Positions 18,601 through 26,275 of a stretch of DNA of 64,000 bases are shown here, in pieces. Every line of letters starts with the position of its first letter. The stretch's first letter is position 1. The DNA is from Candidatus Falkowbacteria bacterium (GTDB lineage: Bacteria > Patescibacteriota > Patescibacteriia > UBA11705 > JACRDX01): the NCBI GenBank assembly GCA_043798985.1, contig JAZDOE010000023.1, forward strand, positions 3,626 through 67,625. Reading direction: 5' to 3'. Under the pieces are notes generated by a model, which worked only from the letters and a program-made list of their open reading frames with translations, searched no databases and had not been told where the DNA came from. The position numbers and the translations under genes are program-made.

Positions 18601-21398
18601 GTAGACATGTCCAGATAGCCAGTATCAGTTTTCATGTTATTCCAGAATGTGGCGCCGCCTGTCATATAGCTATTTTCAGTTTGAGTAAACACAAAACCCG
18701 CTCCACCGCCAAAATCTTTCATATCACTTGCGCCTACTGTGAACATAAATTCATGACCACCGCCGATTCTGCTTCCAGAAATTGCATTGCCAGCAGTATC
18801 TTTTACTGCTGGCGTAATTTCAACAATGTACTGCGTTCCATTTGTCAAAAGCGCTTCTTGCTCAAGCACAATAACAGGCATTGTTGCTGATCCGCCAAAT
18901 GACCTTGTAATGCTATGAAATGTAACGCCCGAGCCAGTATCAAGCCCTATATTATATCCAGTCAAATTAACCATACTGCCACCTGACATTCTTTTGAATT
19001 TGATATTCGCGCTTGCCGCATCGCAGTTTGCACAAGTAGCTGTCGTTGAATCAATGGCCTTATCCAAACCAATCAATATCGGTCCTTTATCAATCACTAT
19101 ATCAGCTGGCGCGCCCATCATTCCCGCGCCCGGCGCGCTCCACATCACACCCGGCGCATCCAAATCACCGCCAAGTCCGGCACTGCCAGCTGTCAAGCAA
19201 GAAACCCAACCACTGGAAACAGGATTGTTAGAATTCACAGACACACCCCAAATTTGCCCATCAAGATAACCGCCGCTTGTGGTCTTTAAATTATAAACCC
19301 CATCTGAAACATTATTGATTGTAAATACGCCGCTATTATTACTGATCGCGCTAAAACCAGTTCCCTCTAAATAAACCGTAGCATTAGCAATTGGAGTAGA
19401 GCAGTCACTCTGATATACTGTGCCGGAAACGCTTCGTGAACCGCTGGAAGTTGAAACTGTAATATGGTATGGGCTGCTTTGCGCGGTAGCTATGCTGGTA
19501 GCGCTCGGGTTGAAACACGCAACGCTTGTAGCAGGCACTGAATCTGTCGCGTAAATATAATAATCTATCCCTGCTGATGTCACCGCAGACGCTGGAATTG
19601 TAAAAACAACGTCCATCATCATCTGTCCTGTCACACAAGTAGGGGATTCTGGCCAACTTGTATTTGACGCTTTATAACAAAGTTTTGTTGTTAGATTAGA
19701 AAACGCCTCTTGCATGTCATTAATTTTAGCTGGAATTTTCAATTCGTTGCTTACCGTTGAATTAATAATCGGCATGTGTATTATTGTTGGAGCAGTATTA
19801 ACACCGCCGCCACCAGGAGTTTCAGCTGTAGCCGCCAAATTTTGAGGATCAGCAGTGGTCCTAACAATAAAATCCCAACTATTTATATCACTATCATAGC
19901 CATTGCCGCCAATGACATTAGCGCCGCCAACATCCATTGTTGTCGCAGTAGCGCTAGCCAATGCTTTTCTTTCCGCGCTTTTGCCAGCAGTCATTGTGCC
20001 GATGAATGGGGATCCCTCATAAACTCGCGCATTCGCTCCAAGCCCAACCATATCTATCACTTCACCAAAAGCATTTAAAAAGAAAATTGTATCTCCTGCC
20101 GCTAAATCAACCCCGGTAAATGTCGCGTCAGCTATCATGTTAGCGCCATTAACATTTTGGTGATAATTGTTAGCTGTATTCGCCAAAAGATAATATTTGC
20201 CTGATGCTAAATTAACATTTCCCAGCGTTGCTAATGTCGTATAAACGCCACCAACAAACGCCTTTATCGTATAATTGTTCAAATTCATATTCCCCCTGGA
20301 ATATATTTCAATAAATTCATCAGTTGTGTTTGTGCCTGCCAATTTAACTTCTGAAATTACTAACGATGTTGAACTTAATGTTGGATATACATTAAAATTA
20401 CTGGAAACCGGCATTGGGTCTACCGCAGATTTTGGCGCGTTGCTTGGATCTGTTGTTATTTGTATCCAATCTTCTGTTGAAACAGAGATTCTCGCATCAG
20501 CATGCGCGTTCAAAACAAGCTTTGTAAGCTCTGTATTATCAAGCGCTGCTGAAACAATGGTCTCTGTGTCACTAGCATCCTTTGTATGTAATGTATATTT
20601 AACAGCACAGGTTTCCGCGCTCGCGCAATTGGTAGTCGCGCTAGACATGTTTTTATCAAACATGACTGTCAATTGTTTATAATTCGCATACACAAGCCTT
20701 GCAATATGCGGCGGCTGTATCCAACCGCCAGCGCCATCGCCCATGCTTGTCAACGCTCCCGTAGAAAACGCGGTAATTGATGGGGAAGTGCCAGACGTCA
20801 CAACTGTTCCGCCAGCTCCGGTCAAAAATGTCAGTCTGAAAGATTTACCAGCTGGCGGCTGGGCAGCCATTTTCATGTGAACAAAATAGTTATAGCCAGT
20901 CGCGTAACTTGTTGGCAATGCTTGATTTGTTATGTCTAATGTTGTGTCATACGTGCCATTTCCATTGTCAGTCCATGTTGGCTTATTTTCCCACGCGAGA
21001 ATAGTGTCAATGCTACCGCCCGGTTCAAAACCTCCATTGCTATTGTTATCTTTATAAACACACAAACCTTGGCTGTCATTAGCGCCGCCCGCGCCAGCAT
21101 CATTAAATGCAACAAGCATCGTGGCCGGCGTCGCGCCAGAAGTTCCAATGTCTTCAAACCTTACCTTAATGCTCTGCAATTGTTCACTCGCGCTCGCAGT
21201 TATTTTCAAACCAGCGACCACTTGCATCATGCCGCCAGAAACCATCCACGAAGTTGGAATTCTGTTTTCGGTCGCCACTGTCACTGCCGCGTTAGCTGGA
21301 AATAGGGGAGTCAAAATTCCCGCGATTCCGATTGTCCACGCGATTGTTGCCATTACAATAAAAACATTGAATGGCTTGTTTTTCGCAATCATTCTCAT
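12603..21398 (-). CDS. Giant (2931 aa) secreted surface protein: lamin-tail-like, Ig-like, carboxypeptidase-regulatory-like and FN3-like domains, duplicated C-terminal domain
   Basis: Signal peptide; VISEV..DEFIEIY; repeated I/VSGTV and Ig-like motifs; ATITWTTNE..YG..HSVKLTGL; T/S/G/A/N rich. Confidence 0.85.
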   Translation of the reverse strand: MRMIAKNKPFNVFIVMATIAWTIGIAGILTPLFPANAAVTVATENRIPTSWMVSGGMMQVVAGLKITASASEQLQSIKVRFEDIGTSGATPATMLVAFNDAGAGGANDSQGLCVYKDNNSNGGFEPGGSIDTILAWENKPTWTDNGNGTYDTTLDITNQALPTSYATGYNYFVHMKMAAQPPAGKSFRLTFLTGAGGTVVTSGTSPSITAFSTGALTSMGDGAGGWIQPPHIARLVYANYKQLTVMFDKNMSSATTNCASAETCAVKYTLHTKDASDTETIVSAALDNTELTKLVLNAHADARISVSTEDWIQITTDPSNAPKSAVDPMPVSSNFNVYPTLSSTSLVISEVKLAGTNTTDEFIEIYSRGNMNLNNYTIKAFVGGVYTTLATLGNVNLASGKYYLLANTANNYHQNVNGANMIADATFTGVDLAAGDTIFFLNAFGEVIDMVGLGANARVYEGSPFIGTMTAGKSAERKALASATATTMDVGGANVIGGNGYDSDINSWDFIVRTTADPQNLAATAETPGGGGVNTAPTIIHMPIINSTVSNELKIPAKINDMQEAFSNLTTKLCYKASNTSWPESPTCVTGQMMMDVVFTIPASAVTSAGIDYYIYATDSVPATSVACFNPSATSIATAQSSPYHITVSTSSGSRSVSGTVYQSDCSTPIANATVYLEGTGFSAISNNSGVFTINNVSDGVYNLKTTSGGYLDGQIWGVSVNSNNPVSSGWVSCLTAGSAGLGGDLDAPGVMWSAPGAGMMGAPADIVIDKGPILIGLDKAIDSTTATCANCDAASANIKFKRMSGGSMVNLTGYNIGLDTGSGVTFHSITRSFGGSATMPVIVLEQEALLTNGTQYIVEITPAVKDTAGNAISGSRIGGGHEFMFTVGASDMKDFGGGAGFVFTQTENSYMTGGATFWNNMKTDTGYLDMSTNYNTATGNWTGGSINPPYILGAIPAPGAWNISKNSDIVLSFSEGMDSSSVNRGTFELYSVTNNVETNVTQTLIDSVSLSSDKEQVTMDVVSGGLVASTHYRIKVKNAARSSAGITIGNPNDPSAAFFVSDFDTGTGTDSSAPAITGSWPDNAATNVSNIGFIDIGLDEVITTVNSSTVKLMSGATNVPSTVEFDPMAKSIRIYPTVGLMAGATYTVQLIGGATGINDLAGNDFLTTTRTFTMSTTVDTNKPRVEFSNCDDYSCAITFNKAMNAASATDTNRWTSSVINPANYSITQGAEGTTPYIIPNAASFTWDNKVNTVKISGLALSGKYNFVVANVKDLSSNPMDTDVDTASGNVLSSAKTQGFVGPGGGGMMGAPMAGGATMTGPTGFGGFTAMDKGSGMAAGVFPMNSMAGATTTYIIDFPIAPSGGTSNRLDNGATIKITFPQGFDISSVIPDPYNPNKNDLNMMGPSTVALKTSGVTDDGSSAATKGGAANDGVTVSGQTVTLYLSVLDGGVAGNTGDPDFLHLEIKGIINSKIPKDFNTEGYSIDMKSYKAAGTLVESKTSMPFFTAAAGTNNITANITAAEGNGTFSLMMGSPMSGPQDATVTITNGTGAQTWSNLPNGCYNLFTEPTITLGANNKYSGQMNPEPLCLPGSGANWNAGTSTLTKALTFVKYGAGNSTSLNVKVSGTFSASGEDVDISAGGPAGYNVETKTLTGAVTNNSTTLYLPANGSYMIGVYPAMPKGPKMGPPQMPDWMPPMSVNIEVSGVGGTPVIKRMDTGAVITELSFTINTANKQILGRVVSAQTTLSANYTANATTLSLTSAGGFLANDTIVLYDGTNTATGKISSMSGTTVTLLAGISQGFSTGAKVYNVMANAEVFANQPMGFGGAGSHTQSKADGSFVLKISMNGVYDLGVFKPGYGEAPSRTVSVANNNAGTVDNNSTADISANNALVTTAAPLIVRIGRPDYTISGKISNSSGSALQYAHVQAKEATSYQMVHTSTDTDGNYVIGVGAGTWTITADMPSGIDTCGVITKTVLVTDASKDNQNIQPASITCYTISGTVTLGGTAQANIPVGVETWDTTNDRPSGGYHRNEMTDSSGAYSIKVGAGTYRVSIWTPDYGEIGQSATVTIQNVTSDISYDATQVKTLTLAFTGGTSSMRGFVEAKGTTGTARRGMPIVDLSANKTMSLPSGTYKILVFVDGLGDFSPASNVDLSSNQTVTINLSGQTLYTVSGNVLDALNSAIANAGIIVTETTTGLTERATTDSNGDYSLSVKAGTYKIKAEQQDYDTPAKAEVTVSANLDYDFDANLTGEGVAVNNPLQAKTAEISGTIYKSDGTTLADNGIVFASTSDGKYVKTAIQKDGTYTLPVSDGTWTVKADASLHAPTTMSSAIVVAGADQAGKNATLTADATDIKKADTITMTPSVGGTVDDSDNTGVEMNFGAAVLGRDSNPGSVIVEEVDAPTTDSFTMVGNLVDITAKDSEDGDINQLGGDGAEVVFHYTNAEMTAAGVTTESALKLVYFDETLGAPVPFDNQVIDTAANTITGYITHFTTVGIGSPPITISAPPASPGGGAGALLDTTAPVISNIAVSAKDTEATITWTTNESSLSWLLYGSTSSYGKEEKTGAYAYSHSVKLTGLLPATIYHYQVKSKDTASNVGAGVGKTFITLTTVEATKKVADEAAKTVVTTPIAETIVNATPTLPTATIRDLAKEAASIVEFNKIMKKVPASSAEWLVVTFLTYGSSDATKALTMAERSALVVKFKKANSNKLPKTDADWLAVAKFAQPAIKVTTITPPATTITEKAGAPVITIVNAAPTLPIASIRSLAKEILSITEFGKIMRKMPAKSSEWLVVTFLTYGSSDATKALAIKDRSGLLADFKEIYGKLPVTDADWQNLAKIAQNATPAKVASKETQAAKDFKKIFKRVVKFTNATEEKFVHMVTYRLRITERDLNKEKVGLAKYRSVYKAWPKTSKDWAIVRALSYLDIK

Positions 21399-21445
21399 AC
21401 TTTAAGATTTTAATTTTTTGTAAAAAATATTTAAAGTTATTATTT

Positions 21446-21700
21446 TTATTTTTTTTCTAACACTTGGTTCACTCTCGTATTAAGCAAAAAGACCTGACTA
21501 TAAATACGATTCAGCATCATTGAAGTGTTGTCTTGATATGTAGCAAGACTAGCTTGTAGTTTATTGACACGTTCAAAAGTCAAAATAAAAAATATGGATT
21601 GTACGATGATAACAACAATCAAGCCATAAAATATTGCTGACCGCCGCAAACTCAAATAAAATTTTGCGACATAAAGCCAAAACGTGGCGCGTTTAAACAT
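21446..21700 (-). CDS. Small single-TM protein with short coiled coil
   Basis: One hydrophobic helix; TGCTATAAT upstream (21714-21722). Confidence 0.65.
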   Translation of the reverse strand: MFKRATFWLYVAKFYLSLRRSAIFYGLIVVIIVQSIFFILTFERVNKLQASLATYQDNTSMMLNRIYSQVFLLNTRVNQVLEKK

Positions 21701-21752
21701 ATTATATTAGTTTATTATAGCACAACGAAAATCAACAATGCCTGTGCATAAG

Positions 21753-22730
21753 TTATGCTGATAATGGATGAAATTTTTTGTGCGCGTCTTCTGCGTAACG
21801 ATCAGACACATTCACATAGCGCGTTGTGGTTTGCAACGATTCATGCCCCAGCAAAATCTGAATGGCAGCCGGGTTTGCGCCTTGTTCAGCCAGTAGCGTG
21901 GCAAACGCATGCCGCAAAGAATGCGCGGAAATCGGCGTGTTAATGCCCAAAAGCTCGCGATAGTGTTTTATTCGCTCTTGCAAATAATTTGTTGAAACTT
22001 TTTTGTTCTTTTTAGCGCTGTTTTTACCACGCAAAGGTAAAAATAAGTATTCGCCACCGATTTCTCGTTTTGTCAAATAATCATTCAAATACTTTTGGCT
22101 ACGTTTAGTTAAATAAACAAACCGCTCTTTGCGGCCTTTACCCTTGATAAAAATGCGGCCGGTTTTATCAATTTGCGCGATTTTAAGGTTTAATAATTCA
22201 GAAATGCGCATTCCCGTGGAGAAAAGCGTTTCCAGCATTGCGCGGTTGCGGCTCGCGACAATTTCGTTTTGCTCAAATTGATTGGGAAACTCAATCAATT
22301 TGACGATATCTTCAAATTCCGCGAGCCGCAGATGCTTTTTGTCTGTTTTTGCAAGTTTAATCATATCCGGCGCAACAGGGCAATCATAATCCATTTCAAT
22401 CAAATACTTAAAATAAGAACGTAGCGCTGAAAGCATGCGATTCGTTGTATAACTGCTCAAATGTTTTTCCGTGTCATTTCCACCAGCTGTCTTGCGATCA
22501 TGAGAAGCGAGATAGGCTTTATAATTCAAAATTGTTTTTTTATCAATCTTTTCAAACGATGCCTCAACTTCCTGCAAAAAATTTAAAAAAGTTTTTAAAT
22601 CGCATTCATAATTATAAATTGTTTCAGCAGAATAATTATTTGTTTGCATGTTCAATAAAAAATCATCAAGGCAGGGAAGGGTTAGCTTGTAGCTTGTAGG
22701 TTGTAGGTCGGATTTTTTTTGTCCAGCCAT
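21753..22730 (-). CDS. XerC/XerD-like tyrosine recombinase
   Basis: SAM-like N domain, TGMRISEL, KGKGRKER, HSLRH, LLGH, TTRY catalytic residues. Confidence 0.93.
   Translation of the reverse strand: MAGQKKSDLQPTSYKLTLPCLDDFLLNMQTNNYSAETIYNYECDLKTFLNFLQEVEASFEKIDKKTILNYKAYLASHDRKTAGGNDTEKHLSSYTTNRMLSALRSYFKYLIEMDYDCPVAPDMIKLAKTDKKHLRLAEFEDIVKLIEFPNQFEQNEIVASRNRAMLETLFSTGMRISELLNLKIAQIDKTGRIFIKGKGRKERFVYLTKRSQKYLNDYLTKREIGGEYLFLPLRGKNSAKKNKKVSTNYLQERIKHYRELLGINTPISAHSLRHAFATLLAEQGANPAAIQILLGHESLQTTTRYVNVSDRYAEDAHKKFHPLSA
22682..22709. repeat. Four heptamers inside the xer 5' end
   Basis: TTAGCTT GTAGCTT GTAGGTT GTAGGTC, encoding DLQPTSYKL. Confidence 0.7.
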
Positions 22731-22731
22731 A

Positions 22732-22759
22732 AGTGAGTCAAAGGGTTATTATACTCACT
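22732..22759. promoter_or_regulatory. dif-like recombinase site (11-6-11)
   Basis: AGTGAGTCAAA-GGGTTA-TTATACTCACT, arms 9/11 inverted match, 1 nt from the xer ATG. Confidence 0.6.
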
Positions 22760-22828
22760 TTATATTATAATAAAAACAACAACGCGTGGCAAGTTAACCT
22801 GTTAACAAATTAACCTGTTAATATGTCC

Positions 22829-22856
22829 GTAGAGACGAAACATGTTCCGTCTCTAC
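22829..22856. repeat. 28-bp GTAG-type REP
   Basis: GTAGAGACGAAACATGTTCCGTCTCTAC. Confidence 0.9.
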
Positions 22857-22951
22857 AAGAATAACGCGCCACAGGGCAAAATTGAAGGTCATTTTTTGGC
22901 TAAGTTTAGCGACAAATCCGACGTGCGCTTTTTATTCAAAAATAAGTTCAA

Positions 22952-23086
22952 AAATACGAATTCCGAATATCGAAATACGAAACAAATTCCAAATCAGACT
23001 ACGCCTGCCGGCGGGCAGGAATCTGAATGTTTCAATATTGGAAAATTAGAATTTCGTGCTTGTTTCGGATTTAGAATTTCGAGTTT
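22952..23086. repeat. Composite heptamer-arm inverted repeat, copy A, with nested 20-bp CCTGCC-type palindrome (23000-23019)
   Basis: Heptamer arms; core similar to 47703-47840. Confidence 0.85.
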
Positions 23087-23097
23087 ATAAACACGCA

Positions 23098-23165
23098 GAA
23101 GCAATCTCGCTTACACGAGGCCCAGATTGCCACGTCGCTCACTTTGCTCGCTCCTCGCAATGACA
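23098..23165. repeat. Palindromic element of the ...AATGACA family
   Basis: GAAGCAATCT...AGATTGCCACGTCGCT...GCTCCTCGCAATGACA. Confidence 0.7.
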
Positions 23166-23214
23166 GTCGCGTCCCCCACCGGCACGCAGCCGTTTTTATG
23201 CGTCGTATAATATA

Positions 23215-24042
23215 CTACTGATAATATATTTTCTCGCCAAACCGCAAATCAATATATCCAATGCCGCCTAATTTGTTTTTGGAAATTTCTTTGTTAAACA
23301 AAACGGTCAATTTTGAAATAATATCCCCTGCTGGCTTTTGCATGTTCAAAAAAAGTTCTGGTCCTTGTTTTAAATAAATTTTCAATTCATTTTGCGCAAC
23401 CAAAAATTCATAACTTTTTACTTGCAATCCGAGCGCTTGCGCAAACCCCTGCTCCAACGTTGTAATGTATTTTAATTCTTCCGCGGTTGTTATTGAATCT
23501 TTGATTTTTAATGTTAATGCTGGTCGTAAATCACGTATTTGAATAATATTTGCCGCGGCCGCGTCCTGACAAAATCCAATAATCGCGCCGACACTATCAA
23601 CTTTATAACATTGGTCGGCGCGCAACCAATACGCGACCGCGGTTTTTTCCTTTAAATAAACGTCTATTTGCTTTGGATAATATTTTTTGATAACTAACTC
23701 GTCCAAAAAATAATTTTTAGAAATTTCAGCGGCCAATTGCGCGGTGCTGAAAAACCAAATATTTTTTCTGGAAAAAATAAACAAAAACCGCGATGACATC
23801 TGTTCTTCTGCTTTTTCAATCACAGCTTCTGGCGCGATCGTTGAAGATTGAACATTAATTTTTTCAATGCGAAAAAACGGAGAAAAACAAAAAAAATAGA
23901 CCGCGCCTGCTAACGCGATGAATAATGTTGAAAAAAACACCACCGCTCCCCTGCTTCTCTGCTCTTGCAGTTTTTTTCGCAGGCGCGGATTTTGATAATC
24001 AACAACTTTGTAATCTTTTAAATATTTTAGGGAAACTGACAT
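23215..24042 (-). CDS. ftsQ: FtsQ/DivIB-like cell division protein (POTRA)
   Basis: Single TM, SPFFRIEKINV, KKYYPKQIDVYLKEK, C-terminal YIDLRFGEKIYY; start uncertain. Confidence 0.75.
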   Translation of the reverse strand: MSVSLKYLKDYKVVDYQNPRLRKKLQEQRSRGAVVFFSTLFIALAGAVYFFCFSPFFRIEKINVQSSTIAPEAVIEKAEEQMSSRFLFIFSRKNIWFFSTAQLAAEISKNYFLDELVIKKYYPKQIDVYLKEKTAVAYWLRADQCYKVDSVGAIIGFCQDAAAANIIQIRDLRPALTLKIKDSITTAEELKYITTLEQGFAQALGLQVKSYEFLVAQNELKIYLKQGPELFLNMQKPAGDIISKLTVLFNKEISKNKLGGIGYIDLRFGEKIYYQ

Positions 24043-24565
24043 AAATCGCAATGCACAACCACAAACTGCCGATAAAATATCCGAAGACAACATCACTAAA
24101 ATAATGCGCGCCCAAGTACAATCTAGAAAATCCAATCAACACAATTAAAATTAAGCAAATGCTAGCCGCAACAATTTTTTGCCACAAACGTTTGCTGTGT
24201 TTTATCAAAACAAACGCGATAAATCCGTAAAACGCGACCGAAATCGCCGCGTGGCCGCTTGGAAAAGCAAAAGAATCTTCAAGAACGAGCATAACATCTG
24301 GCCGCGCGCGATGAAAAATAATTTTTGCCAAATAAACGGTCAACTCTGTTCCGCCAGCGCCAACCAACAACGGAAAAATATAATTCTGCTTTTTATAAAA
24401 TATAAAAAACGCGCTTGTAATTATCAAAAAGGCGCAAACAATCTTCCACCCGCCCAAAAACGTCACAAAAGCAAACGTCTTTATAATCGCCGGCATCCAC
24501 AAATCAACAATCAGGTTCATTATAAAAACATCCAAATCAACAATTGTCTGTAATAATAAACTCAT
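23999..24565 (-). CDS. PAP2 family phosphatase (undecaprenyl-diphosphatase-like)
   Basis: KIIFHRARP, FPSGH, SRLYLGAHYFSDV motifs. Confidence 0.9.
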   Translation of the reverse strand: MSLLLQTIVDLDVFIMNLIVDLWMPAIIKTFAFVTFLGGWKIVCAFLIITSAFFIFYKKQNYIFPLLVGAGGTELTVYLAKIIFHRARPDVMLVLEDSFAFPSGHAAISVAFYGFIAFVLIKHSKRLWQKIVAASICLILIVLIGFSRLYLGAHYFSDVVFGYFIGSLWLCIAIYVSFPKIFKRLQSC

Positions 24566-25908
24566 ACTTTTCCACTAAAAAACTTTATTGCCTCTGCCAA
24601 TTCAGGATGTTTTTCCGCGTATTCTTTAATATCAATTTTTTGCTGATATGCTTCGCACGCCTGCACCAATGCCTTGGCGCCGGCTCGCGTGCCGCCAGGA
24701 TGCGCGTGGCATCCTGCTCCCATTGTTGTAATGAAATCCACATTGCCCATTATTTCAATAAACGGTTTTAACAAAGTTGGATTGAGTCCGCCTGAAATAA
24801 TCGGGCAGCATTTTTTAATATCTTGTCCCCAATCTTGCTCAAAAAAATGTCCCTTGCTTTTTGATTGCAAAATATTATGCGCCGCAACAACATCCTCTTC
24901 CGGCGAGCCTGCCATTTTGCCAACGCCAGCTGTACCGGTGTGCATGCCTGACGCGCCGGCCAATCTCGCGAATTTTGACAAAACCAAAACCAAATACCCT
25001 ATTGGATTTTCCTGTCGCGTAAAACCTCCGTGTCCGGCGCGATGAAAATGTATGAAAACATCAGGATATTTTCTCCGCAAAGTCTGAACTGCCATCCATC
25101 CTGCTGTTATTCCATCAATCAAAAACGCATAACTCCCCTTTTCAAATCCAGCGGCGCGTATCATTTCGCATCGCTTGAGCATTGTGTCATAGTCGGCCGC
25201 TGAAACATTAAACGAATGAACTTTCTTGCGGCCAGTTTCTGCCACTGCTTTATCCATTGCCTCTTTAACATGCGCAACCATTTTGTCGTATGGACAAAAA
25301 TCCTGATCAGCTTGCGGCTCATCATTTTTTACAAAATCTCCGCCACCAATCCAAAAATCATAACAAACTTTTGCGTACTCTGAATCTGTCAATCCAATCT
25401 TGGGTTTTACAATCGTTCCCAAAATCGGCCGTTCATAAATATCCAAATATTTTCTCATGTCATCCAACGTGTAGCTTGGTCCGTCATATTGTTCAAGCAT
25501 TGCAGGCGAGAACCAAACGTCTAACCACTTTAACGCCCTGATTTCTTTCATCCCGAAAATATTTCCAGCGATATAAGTAAAAATATTCTGAATGTTAGCG
25601 CCACGATCAAAAATTCGCCACGGATACGCAATCCACACCAAATTTCTTTTAATGTCCACCTGATAAACAAGCGCGTTCATTGTCCGAGAAAACGCGGTTT
25701 CGGTTTTCACCGGAAAATTAGTTCCGCTAGAAGATTCTGCCGCGACCTCTGCGGCTGCTTGTAAAATATTCAATTTATCTGATGGCGCCAAATGAAAAAC
25801 CGCGAGCATATATTCCCCATTCTGTGGATTGGGCAAATTAAAATTCACATAAGCTGCCTGTTTTTCGCTAAGCGTTTTAATTAATTTATCAGTCTTTTTT
25901 GTGAACAT
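24562..25908 (-). CDS. rbcL: RuBisCO large subunit, form II/III-like
   Basis: AAESSSGT, TIVKPKIGL, GGDFVKNDEPQ, HFHRAGHG, HTGTAGVGKM, PIISGG, GAG. Confidence 0.93.
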   Translation of the reverse strand: MFTKKTDKLIKTLSEKQAAYVNFNLPNPQNGEYMLAVFHLAPSDKLNILQAAAEVAAESSSGTNFPVKTETAFSRTMNALVYQVDIKRNLVWIAYPWRIFDRGANIQNIFTYIAGNIFGMKEIRALKWLDVWFSPAMLEQYDGPSYTLDDMRKYLDIYERPILGTIVKPKIGLTDSEYAKVCYDFWIGGGDFVKNDEPQADQDFCPYDKMVAHVKEAMDKAVAETGRKKVHSFNVSAADYDTMLKRCEMIRAAGFEKGSYAFLIDGITAGWMAVQTLRRKYPDVFIHFHRAGHGGFTRQENPIGYLVLVLSKFARLAGASGMHTGTAGVGKMAGSPEEDVVAAHNILQSKSKGHFFEQDWGQDIKKCCPIISGGLNPTLLKPFIEIMGNVDFITTMGAGCHAHPGGTRAGAKALVQACEAYQQKIDIKEYAEKHPELAEAIKFFSGKV

Positions 25909-26009
25909 AAAAAAATCTTAATTTCTATTTATATTTCTAAGGATTAATGCTTTCGTTGGCATATCTAAATTTTTATTCCTTACAAAATGCTTTTAGCGAG
26001 CAATGTTAA

Positions 26010-26231
26010 TTATCCAACAAATTTAAATCGCGGAACCTTTACTCCGTCAACAACAACTTCATCAAAAAACATTTCCCTTGGGCGAACCCACAATGCGTTT
26101 TCGCCAAATTCTCCTGAATCATAAAGCGCGCGATAAACAACCAGCGCTTCCAATGTTTCGCTGTGCCTCGCAATACCAATCACTTCGTACATCTTGCCTT
26201 TGTAATGCTGATATTTCCCAAGTCGCATCAT
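26010..26231 (-). CDS. DUF1653 family protein
   Basis: GKYQHYKG, ARHSET, VVYRALY, LWVRP..MF, PRF. Confidence 0.9.
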   Translation of the reverse strand: MMRLGKYQHYKGKMYEVIGIARHSETLEALVVYRALYDSGEFGENALWVRPREMFFDEVVVDGVKVPRFKFVG

Positions 26232-26275
26232 AATACAACGAAAAAATTCTTTATCGTTCTTCAATACCGTGCCAT

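Noticed and set aside
13057-21405. Many plus-strand ORFs within the giant gene and other long genes
   Set aside because: Antisense shadow frames produced by codon bias.
21745-21757. GCATAA-G-TTATGC at the xer 3' end as a second dif-like site
   Set aside because: The spacer is 1 bp rather than 6 bp and the arms are short.
12559-22760. Integrative element made of xer plus the giant gene
   Set aside because: No matching att repeat, tRNA target or transfer genes were seen at either end.
22842-23090. 82-aa plus-strand ORF upstream of xer
   Set aside because: It starts inside a REP and translates repeat elements; there is no sign of a real gene.
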